From NCBI GenBank assembly GCA_965235115.1, contig OZ249436.1, positions 50,532,001-50,596,000 of the forward strand: a stretch of 64,000 nucleotides of DNA. The letters are read 5' to 3'. Positions within the stretch are counted from its first letter, which is position 1; every line of letters begins with the position of its first letter. This DNA is from Laetmonice hystrix. Lineage: Eukaryota. A program made the translations under genes and the position numbers. Shown here one piece after another: positions 1 through 53,600 of the stretch. A model generated the notes under the pieces. The model was not told where the DNA came from and did no database searches. It saw nothing but the letters and a program-made list of their open reading frames with translations.

Positions 1-459
1 TACAAATACGGCATTTGGTTGAGTGCAATATGATTAAATGATAACAAGTGTCATAATATTTGTTTTATTTTATGACTGCCACATTTTTTCAGTCCTGTTC
101 TGTCAATTCTTCATAATTATTTTTCCTATGACTAGTGTAATAAAAGTATGAAGAGATTAGCCTATTCTCTAATGCTCACCATTCCTTGGAGCTATACAAA
201 CTAAAAGTCTTACAGAATTTCCCTAGAGAAAGGCATTTGCTTAAAAAAAGAAACCGTAGATTTCATTAAAAACTAAATGACGTTACAGGAAATCTCCTAG
301 CTCGGGTAAAGTCAAAAAGTCATGTTGTGGTCAATATTACTTTTTCCGTGCAATATTATATTTTATCCGTGACGACGTCACAGGGAACTGGTCAATCAGG
401 ATAGGAGACCAAACCTTCCGTTTACAGAAAATGGTGCTAGGTTTGCGGGGGGGGGGAGG

Positions 460-724
460 GTGGGTGGGTATTTGGGGTTTTACGCCTTGCAACAGCCAGG
501 GTCATATCACGGCGGTGAAGATGAGATGAAAGTCAGTTTTTCTTGGTGGAGGAAACCGGAGTACCCGGAGGAAACCACCGACCTTCGGGAAGGAACTGAC
601 TGACAAACCTTTCACACATGCAGCCCAGGCCGGGAATCGAACCCGGGTCGCAGCGGTGTGAGGCGATGGTCCTAGGTGTCATGATGGAGCCGACACCTTA
701 GACCACCCGGCCACCCGAGGCCCC
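460..724 (-). mobile_element. tRNA-derived SINE (Meta/V-domain-like core)
   Basis: On the minus strand: A-box-like TGGCCGGGTGG, B-box GGTTCGATTCC (632-644), core GGTTTCCTCCGGGTACTCCGGTTTCCTCCACCA and tail GGCGTAAAA. Confidence 0.75.
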
Positions 725-2834
725 GGGGGGGGGGGAGGGTGTCATTTGAAAATGTCATATGACGCCTTTGGCTATGAGAGTAGACAAACGTAGTATAATA
801 TACCACCCTTTCACACACACACGTCTGTGGTAGCACGGGGACGCCACGGCAGATCACTCGTTTAAAGGTACCGTATTAGTTGAACAACCCCGTTGCTAGT
901 TTAGTGCTAGTTTGCCGGTTTTCTGACACGACAACCATAGAATGATTGGCGTGTTGTCTAGATCCTAGGCCGCTCTCAGAAACACCATGCCACTGACTGG
1001 TCACGTCCAGGTCTGCGTGTGTAGGTACCGTATTCCCGGGTCCAAGCAATTGGCTGGGCGTCCAATGGTAAGGCCTGGCTGAGCCAACCACATCGATTGG
1101 AGTCAGTGCAGGCGGCTGCCCGGGGCTGCGAAACGTTATCACGCGCTCGTCGGCAGTGGAATCCACGGAGTCCAACGCCATCCACGCTATTGTCTTTAAC
1201 CAGTATCACACGCCGGGTACAGAGCGTGGTGAGGTCAATGGTAGCAAGACGTCGGCCACGTGGGGCTCAAGAGAGAGATCTCTCGACAAGACGTGGAAGT
1301 GGCTTCATGAATGGGCGCTAACCTTGAGAGCCCAGCGGCCAGAGACTGCATTGTTTCAGAAAACATGGGATGCTGACTGAAAGAGCATAATCCGGGGTGA
1401 TGAATGCCTTCTGTGAGATCCGCAAAGTCCATGGATTTGTTAAGGAATCGGTGGGGTAAATGGAGTAGGTCTTTCGGCACCAATTGCCACCATTCACTGA
1501 TCGGAATCACAGAGATGGATGGCGAGAGATCACTGTGACTGTGTCGAGTGTTAACTGCTGCCGAAGTTCTCCACCAGTGGATCACTTCTGAACGCTCTTT
1601 CTGACCGAACTCACTTGGTGTTTGATATAGAGTTTTGTACGATGTATGTGTTAGACACCATAGTATACATGGACTCCGAGTGAACGTGCACAGCACCGCC
1701 ATTGTGCCTGCCAAGAATCAATGCCAATGGGCGGCAGATGATCGGGTTGCAGGTTTGATCTTTCATGCCATGCCGACAGAGCCTTGGATTAACGGATTAA
1801 CGTTGAGCGAGAGTCTGCAGACCGGTATATCTTGTACTCGCATGACGGAGTTGCCATTGTCGAAGTGTTATCATGATTGGGTGTGTGCTCATTGATTGGA
1901 ATATCCGTCAGGTCACACACCGCCAGGAGGATAGATGAATACATGTCTGTGGGGATGATTGAGTGAAGTCATGTGTGTTCAAGCGCCACGTTTACTCAAT
2001 GGTGTATTTGACATACACGGTGACGGCTTGTATTAGCCCTACAGGAGGTCAAATACACTCGGGTTAAACAATTGGGTGCATGACAGGGGATACACATGAA
2101 AGCTATCAGTCTTTTCTATCAGCAAAAACATGAAATCTGAGGGACACAACGGTTGAGATATGGATTCCGCGTTTTAATGTTCTTGTCTTAGAAAAAGTAC
2201 AGATCCCACTAAAAGTGGCCTGGGGATAGGAAGTCATTTGCTGACAATCGAGGCAATTAAGGCGAGAGCCCTGATACCCACTCACCGACATCAAACAGCT
2301 GTCTCAGGGGTACACGTTTCCAAGGAGATAGCCATGCCATCAAACCGTCTTTGTTCATCACAGAGTTCACGGACACGACCTTGGAATTGGGTCCTGATAA
2401 TTGATTGGGATACGTACAATTTTATCTGAAGTGGTATGTTGTAGCCTTTGCAGTGTCTACTCCATCTAGAGTTTGTCACAGTGTAAGTCACATGGGTATC
2501 AGTTAATCAATGTGTCGGCTGGAAACCACCTGGTTTATCCTTGACTTACGACTGGGAGTAATCGATGATAGAAGAACTTCATGACCTCTGTGACTCACAA
2601 AAGGGCTAAGCAAGGTACTATAAATTATTTATTGTCCACAATATGCGGTGCTTTACCCATTCGAAACCTGAATACATGATCGAGAGGGACCAGAGAACGC
2701 CCATTCCTGGTCAGACTATGGTAAAACTATCAGGATAAAACCCTCCGGAAGGCAAGTACCCTACAATGACCTTGAACGGTAGAAGTACGTACCCCGAAAG
2801 GGCACATTGCCGTGGCACATTGGATAATTGAATA

Positions 2835-43691
<40,857 letters not shown>

Positions 43692-44887
43692 CAACCAAGT
43701 TCCTGGTTCGCCCGCGGGGCGGCCAGGCTTCCTCGCTTTCGGAAGGACTAATTGATTGCCGTCACGTGATCACCGCTGGAGAACTGTGCCACTTCCGCCC
43801 AATGTGGTCATCTGACCCCCGCAGTGCAGACGTGCGTTCCCAGCTGAAAAGCAGCAGAAAGAACTACGTCGCTGTTAAGTGCGGTTCGCCAAATCTACTC
43901 TCAATTATAATGAACTTTATTGGGTTTATTCGTGAATGAATTACTCCTAAACCTCAAACATACAACGTCAAAAACACAAAAGCATTCCATAGGACCGAAA
44001 GGTCCCTTATACGTCTTCTTGATTGGTCTGTGAAGTATTACTTGAGTTTAGCATGACATGATTATGATAGGGGCCTTAAGCGGCGTCAGTAGAGACTATC
44101 TCTGACATCTTTCTGTTGTGACCAACACGACAGGCGGATTCAGGGTTCGTCAAATCATGGAGAAATACGGCAAGCCGACAGTGCCACCTCGTGGTCGTTG
44201 TCCGAAGCATCAAGGAGAAGACGCCCCGACTCAGCTTAAGTCATGACGCGAAAAATTAATGTGGAAAGTCAGGTGTACAGATGGTTCGTTTGAAGTTGAC
44301 TGAGGAGTTATAAGTACAATATTGTAGCCTATGTAACGTTGTGGGTACAAGCAAGTTGCCTGGGCAGCTGTCATAGCGTTACCTTAGGCAGTGCCACGCC
44401 TTGAACGTCATAAAATATAATCTCAAATTATCTTGGATTTTTTATTGAAACCTACCCAGGGGGCAGAGTTTTTCATTAAATTCCCCTGATAGACAATAAG
44501 ATTGGTAAATAAATATATATAGTAAATCTACACGTGTTGGGTAATGTTATTGTTAGTGCATGGGTCTACCTTGAAAAAACACGCCTAGGCTATATGTTAA
44601 TGTTTGGCAGATTTGAGTAAATATTTGCGCCGTGGTTTTATTTCGTGCGTTAAAAACTAGGTGATGATGAAAAGATAAGATTCTGATATACTGATTTTGT
44701 TTGCCGGTATTAATCGGTGGTGTGGGAAATCCTATTAGTTTTGGAACCTAAAGCTAAAATGTGTAGCTACTATTTTGGGGGAAATGTGACTTCCATGTCA
44801 ATTTTGTTCCGTAAAATAGAAGCTAATGAGACGTCGGTAAATGTGCGAAACGTTTGTTGACATTCTCTTTTAGGTTTGATGTATATC

Positions 44888-44985
44888 ACTTAGACCTATG
44901 TGTCTGAAAGCACAGGTACACTTAGACCTATGTGTCTGAAAGCACAGGTATACACTTAGACCTATGTGTCTGAAAACACAGGTAC
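44888..44985. repeat. About 32-bp triplication in the putative 3' UTR
   Basis: cacttagacctatgtgtctgaaagcacaggta x3. Confidence 0.9.
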
Positions 44986-45791
44986 ATGTTCATGTATGTG
45001 AATTGTAAGGAATTGTCCCTTTACTCTATACTGGTGCTACATCAGGCTGCCATGACGACCTGTACAATTGTTAATTTATTTAGACATAATAGACATTATA
45101 AAGGTCATTATTGTGTTGATTGTAAAGACCGTAAATATAGCATTTCTCATGACTATCTGCCGTGTCTGGCATACATACACCGGTATGCATTTATCCCATT
45201 GTCTTATATTGAGAAGTTCCAGTATGTATGATTGATGACTCTTACTCTACATGATTGTGATTGTTGGAATAAATAACCATGCCACTCGGCATTTGAGACT
45301 GATTGTGACGAAGGAGACTGTTTAAAAATAAACCCTTCACATCTAGAACTCGCTGTGATAGTCGGTCGGCTCGTGTCAATCCCGCCTGACTGCATGTCGT
45401 AGTTCTCGCGTGGAATTCGGTTTTAGGCGTTTCCTGCTCATTCATTCAGTGTACTTCATGATGTTTTGAAATTATTTTGATGATATTTTGAATCCTTTTC
45501 CTATGTAATATGGAGACTGCTTTGTTAGAAACATTCCATTGATCAGCCATTGGCGTTGTTGGTTGTGTACTATCTCAGGTTGTTTATGTTGAGAGTGAGG
45601 CATGTACAGTTGTTAAATCATGGTTTATTCCTGTCCTTGCCACAGTTACCGTTGTTAATCTGAGGAAATGTTTGGTTTTACAATCTTAGTAAGAGCATTA
45701 TAGAGATACGACTGTTATAAAACTCAAGTCTATCATCATAGAATACCATATTGGTGTTTGATAATCATACTACCTTTTTTATACAACTGAA

Positions 45792-45797
45792 AATAAA
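45792..45797 (+). terminator. Candidate polyadenylation signal of the ANKDD1-like gene
   Basis: AATAAA followed by T-rich sequence. Other AATAAA hexamers lie near 45268 and 45327, so the site used is uncertain. Confidence 0.3.
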
Positions 45798-46533
45798 ATA
45801 ACATAATAACAAACCCTGCATGATTCCATCTTTTAATGTTGCTTTATGATAACGATCTCGGCAGGACACTGTTGCGGGAGTAGATTTACTATTTAAATAT
45901 ACAATGTACAATATAAATATACTTAATCTCCTTCATCTTCTTCCTTTTCTTTTTCTTCCCCATCTTCTTTTTCATTCTTCCTTCTTCCCTTTGTCTAGTC
46001 TACGTTGTCTTATTCGTAATTCCAATTTGACTAATATTTCCAGAAATATTCACATGTGACACGGTTCTAACTACACAATTGAAAAGTCCCCAAAGCCCAC
46101 TCCGAACTAGAATCCATGTGAAACATTATTTATGGCGATAGCCTAACCCGGTGCTTCAAAATGAGGATATGCTTTATACCCCCACTTTTTATAGACTACT
46201 TCATGGTAACATTGGCTACCACTATGTGACGCCACTGTAGATGAGAGATCGAGGACGTTCGGCCGACAGACAGCTTGACCAGTCTAGCGGCAGACTAAAC
46301 CCTCAATATTCAATAATTGGAGTTATCTCAGCACACAGAGGATCAGTTAAAAACAGGTTTTGCAAGACTCCCCGCCCCCTTCCAAATCCTTGATTTGCAG
46401 TGCCCCTGCCCGGCCGAGGGAGGGACACTGCATAGAGTTATCAGTGTTTTAACTAGAGCTATGGGACACTGCGATCGTAGCGCCGCACGGTGGTGTGTGC
46501 TGCCGGGGAGTGTGTGTGGGGAGGTGCGCTGGG

Positions 46534-46891
46534 CAGTGGCGGATCCAGGGGGGGTGCAGGCACGTACCCAGGATTGTGCTTAGAGGGGGGTTCCATCAGG
46601 ACGAGACTCGAGGGCTGCCCGGGGGCTACCTGTGTTTTTGCACCAGTCGACCTGGGGACCGGAGGGGGCCGGGGGGGGGGGGTTCCGGAACCCCTGGAAC
46701 CCCCCCCCCTGGGTACGTGCCTGGGGTGTCGGCGACGTCCGGACCCCCCCTCAGATTAGCCAAATTTATTTTTTTATAACCAAAATGCCTTATTGATTTT
46801 ACAACGGACCCCCCCCCCCCCTCGATCTGCCCTTTTTATGCTGGACCCCCCTCGGACCCCCCCCTGAAAATAGACCCTAGATCCGCCCCTG
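46534..46891. mobile_element. MITE with cagtggcggatccag / ctagatccgcccctg ends, containing a nested MITE
   Basis: Imperfect TIRs; gctggg direct repeat on both sides. Confidence 0.7.
46557..46723. mobile_element. Nested MITE
   Basis: Perfect 16-bp TIR caggcacgtacccagg / cctgggtacgtgcctg, flanked by a gggtg direct repeat. Confidence 0.75.
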
Positions 46892-47099
46892 GCTGGGGGT
46901 GTGAAGGGGTGCGTGTGAGGGGGTGCTGGGGGTGTGAGGGGGTGCCATTAGGCTTTAAATAATTGTGAAACACGTGACGTCGACAGGAAAACGCGACAGT
47001 TTTAAAGAGGCATGTTAGTAGGCCTAAAGCCCGTTGAAAATATAGGCTAGATCTACGTCGTAGGCCTACATACCTTTAAAATAATACGTAACTCAATCA

Positions 47100-47601
47100 T
47101 ATTAAAGTCGTGACAGTGTAGCTACGGCGGGCCAAATAAAATGCCCCGGCCAGCACTAAAAGGATGACTTGTGAATGTGACTTCTTTAATATCGAGCACC
47201 GCCACGTGACGCTGCGATCGTAGTAGATCTAGTAACGCGTGTTTTAGTGATAAAACACGAGATGGCGCCATCGTGCAATGTCATCCAACAACTTACCAAG
47301 ACGGCAAGAGACAAGTGTACACAAATTTGACAAGATAACCTTCGCGGGAGATACTATTTTCTGAGCTCTTTCTAGAAAGTTTATCTCTCAGTAATTTTAT
47401 AGAAAAGATATTGCTCCTTTGGCTTTGAGACTGCCCCCGCCAAGTGTGATATCAAAACTATATCGTGAGACCTAAATCCGGCCGACTTCCGCCAGCAGAA
47501 TTGTCGGTCCCACAAACGTCATGTGTGCGGAAAACAACCCAGTTAAAGTTTGTACTGGGCGGGGAATATCCACGAGTGTTTCGCAACAAGGAAACCTTAT
47601 C
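47100..47601 (+). promoter_or_regulatory. CpG-rich probable promoter and 5' UTR of the Ig gene
   Basis: CpG-dense stretch upstream of the ATG, with an E-box (ccacgtgac, about 47202) and a YY1-like gatggcg (47261); CpG density falls downstream. Confidence 0.35.
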
Positions 47602-47650
47602 ATGCCACTATGGTTGCTGTGTTTTTTCATGTGGCTCACCCTTTCGTACG
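47602..47650 (+). CDS. Ig gene exon 1, signal peptide
   Basis: ATG plus 15 mostly hydrophobic codons, G|gtaagt phase 1. Confidence 0.8.
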
Positions 47651-50600
47651 GTAAGTTTAACAGTACTGTTGTTGGCTGTCACTACTGTCACTCACTCACT
47701 GTGAGTGTGAGTGTGACTGACTGGTGACAGTGGTGTGCTGGTGTCGGTGTCAGGTAGGGTGTGGACCGCTGTACAGACTTGCCTGGATTGGGTTGGCTTA
47801 GCCTGGCTTTGGGAAGGCTTGGCCAGGGCTCGGGCTTGGACCTGGCTTAGAAGTAGGAATCGGAGTGGCTTGGGCATTGCATTACCCATGGATAGCAGAA
47901 ACTAGGCATCCTGTAGCAGACATTATCGTCAGCCCCTTATGTCAATATCCTGTGCGTTCTGTACTTATGTTTTGAACATTAAAATGATTGTCAAAAGATT
48001 TCACCTGTTTTGGGGGTGGGGGGATCACTGACCGGGGGGGGGGGGGTCTCAGGGGTAAGATTTTTTTAAAAGAATAGATCCAGAACTTTTTTGAGGATGA
48101 GAAACTCACTTTCTTGCAGATGGGAGTCTCCTGGGGGGGGGGGGGTGTTATTCCTGGGTGAAAATGATGTGTGTCCTGTGGAAACCGGAAAAAAAGTGTA
48201 CCATTTTTTGAAGATGTGTGCCTGGTGGGTACACGTACAAAAATGCTGTGTGAGATATAAACAGCAAGGTTTGCATCAATACCATAAATTAACAAAACAT
48301 ATATAATTATATTGGCACATCCCTTTCATACACTGAGCAATATTCGTGAAGAGTAGCACCCTCTGTCAAATCTTGCCAGTGATACCCTAGATGGCGCTAC
48401 TGTTGAAGTCAACGTCATTAGGACAGGTAGGCCCATTTACCTACCCCCAACCCAAGTGCGCCCACAGGGCACAGCTATGATTTTTAGTTTTACTTGCACC
48501 CTCAATTATCTTTGCACGCCATTGACACAATAGCGCAGCCCAGGAATATCCCTGCCTTTAGGCAGTGCCAGTAGATATTTGGCTGGCACTTGGTGGGGTC
48601 GTGTGACCGTTAAGCTTCAATTGGATAATGCTCTATGGCTAAATAGCAAGCTATCCAATTAACACTGATAATTATTAACACCCAATTTGAGACAAACATA
48701 AAACTAACTCCAGCCTAAACCCTAACCCAAGCAATTTGTTTGGATTCAGTAAATTTTAGTCAAACCAAAATTATAATCTTATTTAGCCATTGCTGGCTAA
48801 ATCATTATACATGTACTACTAAAACTTTTTGTGTAGACACTTGATAGTAATAGAGCTGCTGACTGTGCCTGATAGTGATACCAATTCAACCAGTGTTTTC
48901 TCCCTGTTGCATTGACCCCAGAATAAATTATGTCCGGCATTTATTTGTGCAACAGACAATCTTAAAAAAAACTTCCTGTCTTCATCGGTGAAATGACTTG
49001 CTGTAGGCCTACTTGTCCCATCATCATGAGTCTCATTTAGTGTAATCAGAAAGCATTATTTGAGAACTCGTGAGATGAATCAAGCCAAACATTGACAGTC
49101 CGACCGGTGTGGCCAGAATGTGATGAAACTTCATCCTATTGTAGCATGTGTAAAGCAATTGAATACACTTAGTTACTGGGCACACAGAGTAAACCCTACA
49201 TTCAGTAGAGACCCTCAGAACATCTGGAATGTGTGAGGTTTGTTTACTCTGCCAGCCGGTGTCCACACTTTACCAGGCAACCCTGAGGTGGCAGCAGTCC
49301 ACAACAAGAGACTGTGTGTAAGTGATAACAGGACTGGTCACTAGGCTAGCTGAACATTGTGGTCTGCAGAAATTTCTGTGTACATAGCATCGGATAATTT
49401 TGTAGCAAGAGGCAGTTGTGGTTTTAAAAATGTAATGGAATAGTATGATGATGATGAGATACTCTCAGCTCCACTGGTACATAGACTAGCGGTCTTCTGG
49501 TGGCTGATATCTCAAGCCACTTATTTTAACAGGCTTGGCTAAATATTGCCCCTTAAAATCTTGCCCAAAATGAGATACTGATACTGAGTCTGAGCACAGT
49601 GGTAGGGGTAAGTCCTGCATACAGGAAGACATCCTGTAGGAATAGCTCATGACCTTCGACCTGACCCCCACCACAGCAGTCTGGTGACCTAGTGACCAGT
49701 CAAAGATATTCTGTGGGTCATTCATCACTGTGAGCCCCACCCAGTGTCCTTCCTGCCAACTGGTATCCAAGGAGATCTCATGACAACGCTTTCTAGCAGT
49801 GTAGGCTCTCCCTTGGAAGTCTGCTAAAATGGGAAATAGATGGCAAGCAAAATGCAGATCATTGATCAAGTGAAGGAAAGATGACTGAAGGGTAACATTA
49901 TCCTATAGGCAGGAAAAGGCAGAGCTCTATCCAAAAAGGCAATTTGCATTTTTTGTTCGGAATTTTAATATCAGGTCTTGTACTAATCCCTTGTCAAGAT
50001 GGGTGATGCCTCGAGGCATCATTGCCTGTTGACCAATGTGCATGTAGGCATTGATCATGGCAACCCATGCCTTGAGCCAGGTACTGGACGTCAACGGTCC
50101 ATTTGGTCAGTTTAAACCAGATTAGGGTTATGGCTCCTGGATTCTGAATATTTCTAATGGTGTGTTATTGGAAGATATAAGTAAGGCTTTTGCCACAATG
50201 AAGACTTCCCCCAAGTCATCCCGCATCACTCCCCAAATATACCCTATAATTGATGTAACTGTTTCAGTCAGAGTAGTGCAGGTGTTGGCCTGTGCTGGCC
50301 CCTGACACCAGCCATCCCCCATTCTCCGGGAGGTGTGGTATGAGTTTAGACGCTGAGTGCTCCAGTATCCACTCAGCTGTGTGTCTCTCCACTCAGTGCC
50401 AAAGGGGCCTCGTGCCAACGGCAGGAGGGTTGGAAAGTGTTAGGCCTTCCTCCAGGGCCGCGCCGCCTCCAGCACTGGCAGAAAGCACTCCTAGGTCTCA
50501 CACTGCAGTTTATATTTACTCTGAAGTGAAGGACATGTAGGCCTAGTATACTGATAATATGAAAAATAGCAAACAAAAAGGATTATGTTGCATATGGAGA

Positions 50601-53600
50601 AGGGAGTAATACACAATGGATTCCATCTAGATCCTTCCTTTCTCTAGGTCCCAAGAAAATGTGAGAAGGGAGGCAGAAATGGAATTGTCAGCTGGAAGAG
50701 AACTTGAGGATTGACTCAGTATGATAGAGTAAGTTACTGTAGCTCCAGCTGCATGTACTCGACCAATGATGCACGGTAGTGCCACTGGTGGATGTGATTT
50801 CACACTGGATCACACCTGGATGAACACACCTGGCTTACATCAACCTCCCACGTTCTGTAGTCACTTTCCTGGGTTTACTCGCTGCATAGTATACTCACAA
50901 TGATATTATCTTTGAATTCAATACATGATAGCTTATAATAGACATTGTGGTTGTAAGTTCTGCTTACCGATAAAAAGAATATGGTTGTTTCTATCCAGCA
51001 GCCAATCTATTTGTGTAGGAGTTTAATGAATTCTAGTAAAACTAATACAGGGTTACCACAGTGGTGCCCTCCCCCCCCCCCCAAAAAAAAAAAAAAATCC
51101 CTGCAAGGAAAACGCAGGCAATTTCTTAAAGTCGCCAAAACAGGGGAAACACAGGGGGACAAAATTGACAGCCAAGAAAAATGTTACACAGAATTTCAAA
51201 AAGGGAATTTGAAAATGAAATTTGTGTGGTCACTCGGCAGTAATTCCTTCTAGACCCATAGTGTAAGGCCCTCGCACACGGAGAGGAACTCGCGCGCGCC
51301 AACAGCGCAGCGCCAGAGACACGCGCTGCGCCAGTTTCTCCTCGTGTGCAGGCCCCTTTACTGAGCACCACTTTTACTCAACTACGGTAATCAGACTGGC
51401 ACCATGGTCAGTGATATAGAAACGAGTAAATTACTAACATCATTTCCATTTATCTCAAGTAGCTGGTACACCAGTAATAGGTGATTAGGGGTCAGCTGAG
51501 CTGCACTTGGAGTAGATCACTTCTACAGATAGGTCATGTAAGGTCAGCCATTGACAGGATGTTCTGGTCATGTAACATATCGGTAGGCAGATTGTAAATA
51601 ACAGATGTGCAGTGTTGAACATTAAGTCAGAACGTTCCAGGAGAGAAGCGGTATTTTTGGCCTGAGCGGCCATCCTCTCTCTGTGGGAGTGTGGAGTCAT
51701 TGGACTGTGGACAATATAGAACTTGCCTGTATGTTGTCTGAGTCCATCCACTCACTGTGGGAATGTGGAGTCATTGGGCTGTGGACAATACAGAACTTGC
51801 CTGTATGTTGTCCGAGTCCATCCACTCACTGTGGGAGTGTGGAGTCATTGGGCTGTGGACAATACAGAACTTGCCTGTATGTTGTCTGAGTCCATCCACT
51901 CACTGTGGGAGTGTGGAGTCATTGGGCTGTGGACAATACAGAACTTGCCTGTATGTTGTCCGAGTCCATCCACTCACTGTGGGAGTGTGGAGTCATTGGG
52001 CTGTGGACAATACAGAACTTGCCTGTATGTTGTGTCTGAGTCCATCCACTCACTGTGGGAGTGTGGAGTCATTGGGCTGTGGACAATACAGAACTTGCCT
52101 GTATGTTGTCCGAGTCCATCCACTCACTGTGGGCGTGTGGAGTCATTGGACTGTGGACAATACAGAACTTGCGTGTATGTTGTGTCTGAGTCCATCCACT
52201 CACTGAGGGAATGTGGAGTCATTGGGCTGTGGACATTACAGAACTTGCCTGTATGTTGTCTGAGTCCATCCACTCACTGTGGGAGTGTGGAGTCATTGGG
52301 CTGTGGACAATACAGAACTTGCCTGTATGTTGTCCGAGTCCATCCACTCACTGTGGGAGTGTGGAGTCATTGGGCTGTGGACAATACAGAACTTGCCTGT
52401 ATGTTCTCCGAGTCCATCCACTCACTGTGGGAGTGTGGAGTCATTGGGCTGTGGACAATACAGAACTTGCCTGTATGTTGTCTGAGTCCATCCACTCACT
52501 GTGGGAGTGTGGAGTCATTGGGCTGTGAACAATACAGAACTTGCCTGTATGTTGTGTCTGAGTCCATCCACTCACTGTGGGAGTGTGGAGTCAGTCATTG
52601 GGCTGTGGACAATACAGAACTTGCCTGTATGTTGTCTGAGTCCATCCACTCACTGTGGGAGTGTGGAGTCATTGGGCTGTGGACAATACAGAACTTGCTT
52701 GTATGTTGTGTCTGAGTCCATCCACTCACTGTGGGAGTGTGGAGTCAGTCATTGGGCTGTGGACAATACAGAACTTGCCTGTATGTTGTCTGAGTCCATC
52801 CACTCACTGTGGGAATGTGGAGTCATTGGACTGTGGACAATACAGAACTTGCCTGTATGTTGTCCGAGTCCATTCACTCACTGTGGGAGTGTGGAGTCAT
52901 TGGGCTGTGGACAATACAGAACTTGCCTGTATGTTGTCCGAGTCCATCCACTCACTGTGGGAGTGTGGAGTCATTGGGCTGTGGACAATACAGAACTTGC
53001 CTGTATGTTGTCTGAGTCCATCCACTCACTGTGGGAGTGTGGAGTCATTGGGCTGTGGACAATACAGAACTTGCCTGTATGTTGTCTGAGTCCATCCACT
53101 CACTGTGGGAGTGTGGAGTCATTGGACTGTGGACAATACAGAACTTGCCTGTATGTTGTCTGAGTCCATCCACTCACTGTGGGAGTGTGGAGTCATTGGG
53201 CTGTGGACAATACAGAACTTGCCTGTATGTTGTCTGAGTCCATCCACTCACTGTGGGAGTGTGGAGTCATTGGGCTGTGGACAATACAGAACTTGCCTGT
53301 ATGTTGTGTCTGAGTCCATCCACTCACTGTGGGAGTGTGGAGTCATTGGGCTGTGGACAGTACAGAACTTGCCTGTATGTTGTCTGAGTATCTGTATGTG
53401 GGAGATCCTTCCAGTTCAATGAAATAGAACATTGCTGACAATGTGAAGCAATTCTAACCGGGCTCCACTAGTTGAAGCATAAATATGCAGATTGTATGAT
53501 CTGCTATCAGTACCAGATCACCAATGCAGGAATAACAGGGACTGCAGGTCCGGTGGTATGTGAGCTGTATTGATTGAGACCACCGGCACAGCTACATCTG

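Noticed and set aside
625..724. tRNA gene
   Set aside because: A and B boxes are present, but they are fused to a SINE core and tail and I could not fold a convincing cloverleaf.
950..2480. Possible decayed retroelement (AFITPDY-like fragment on the minus strand)
   Set aside because: The similarity is too weak to support without a BLASTX search.
47700..47760. Alternative first-exon donor (gtcag|gtaggg)
   Set aside because: There is no ATG or transcript evidence, and the signal-peptide exon at 47602..47650 already explains the gene.
51683..53422. Cys/Trp-rich ORFs, and minus-strand acceptor/donor-like motifs in the 74-bp array as a nested antisense gene
   Set aside because: The flanking minus-strand frames all contain stops and no coherent exon chain could be built.
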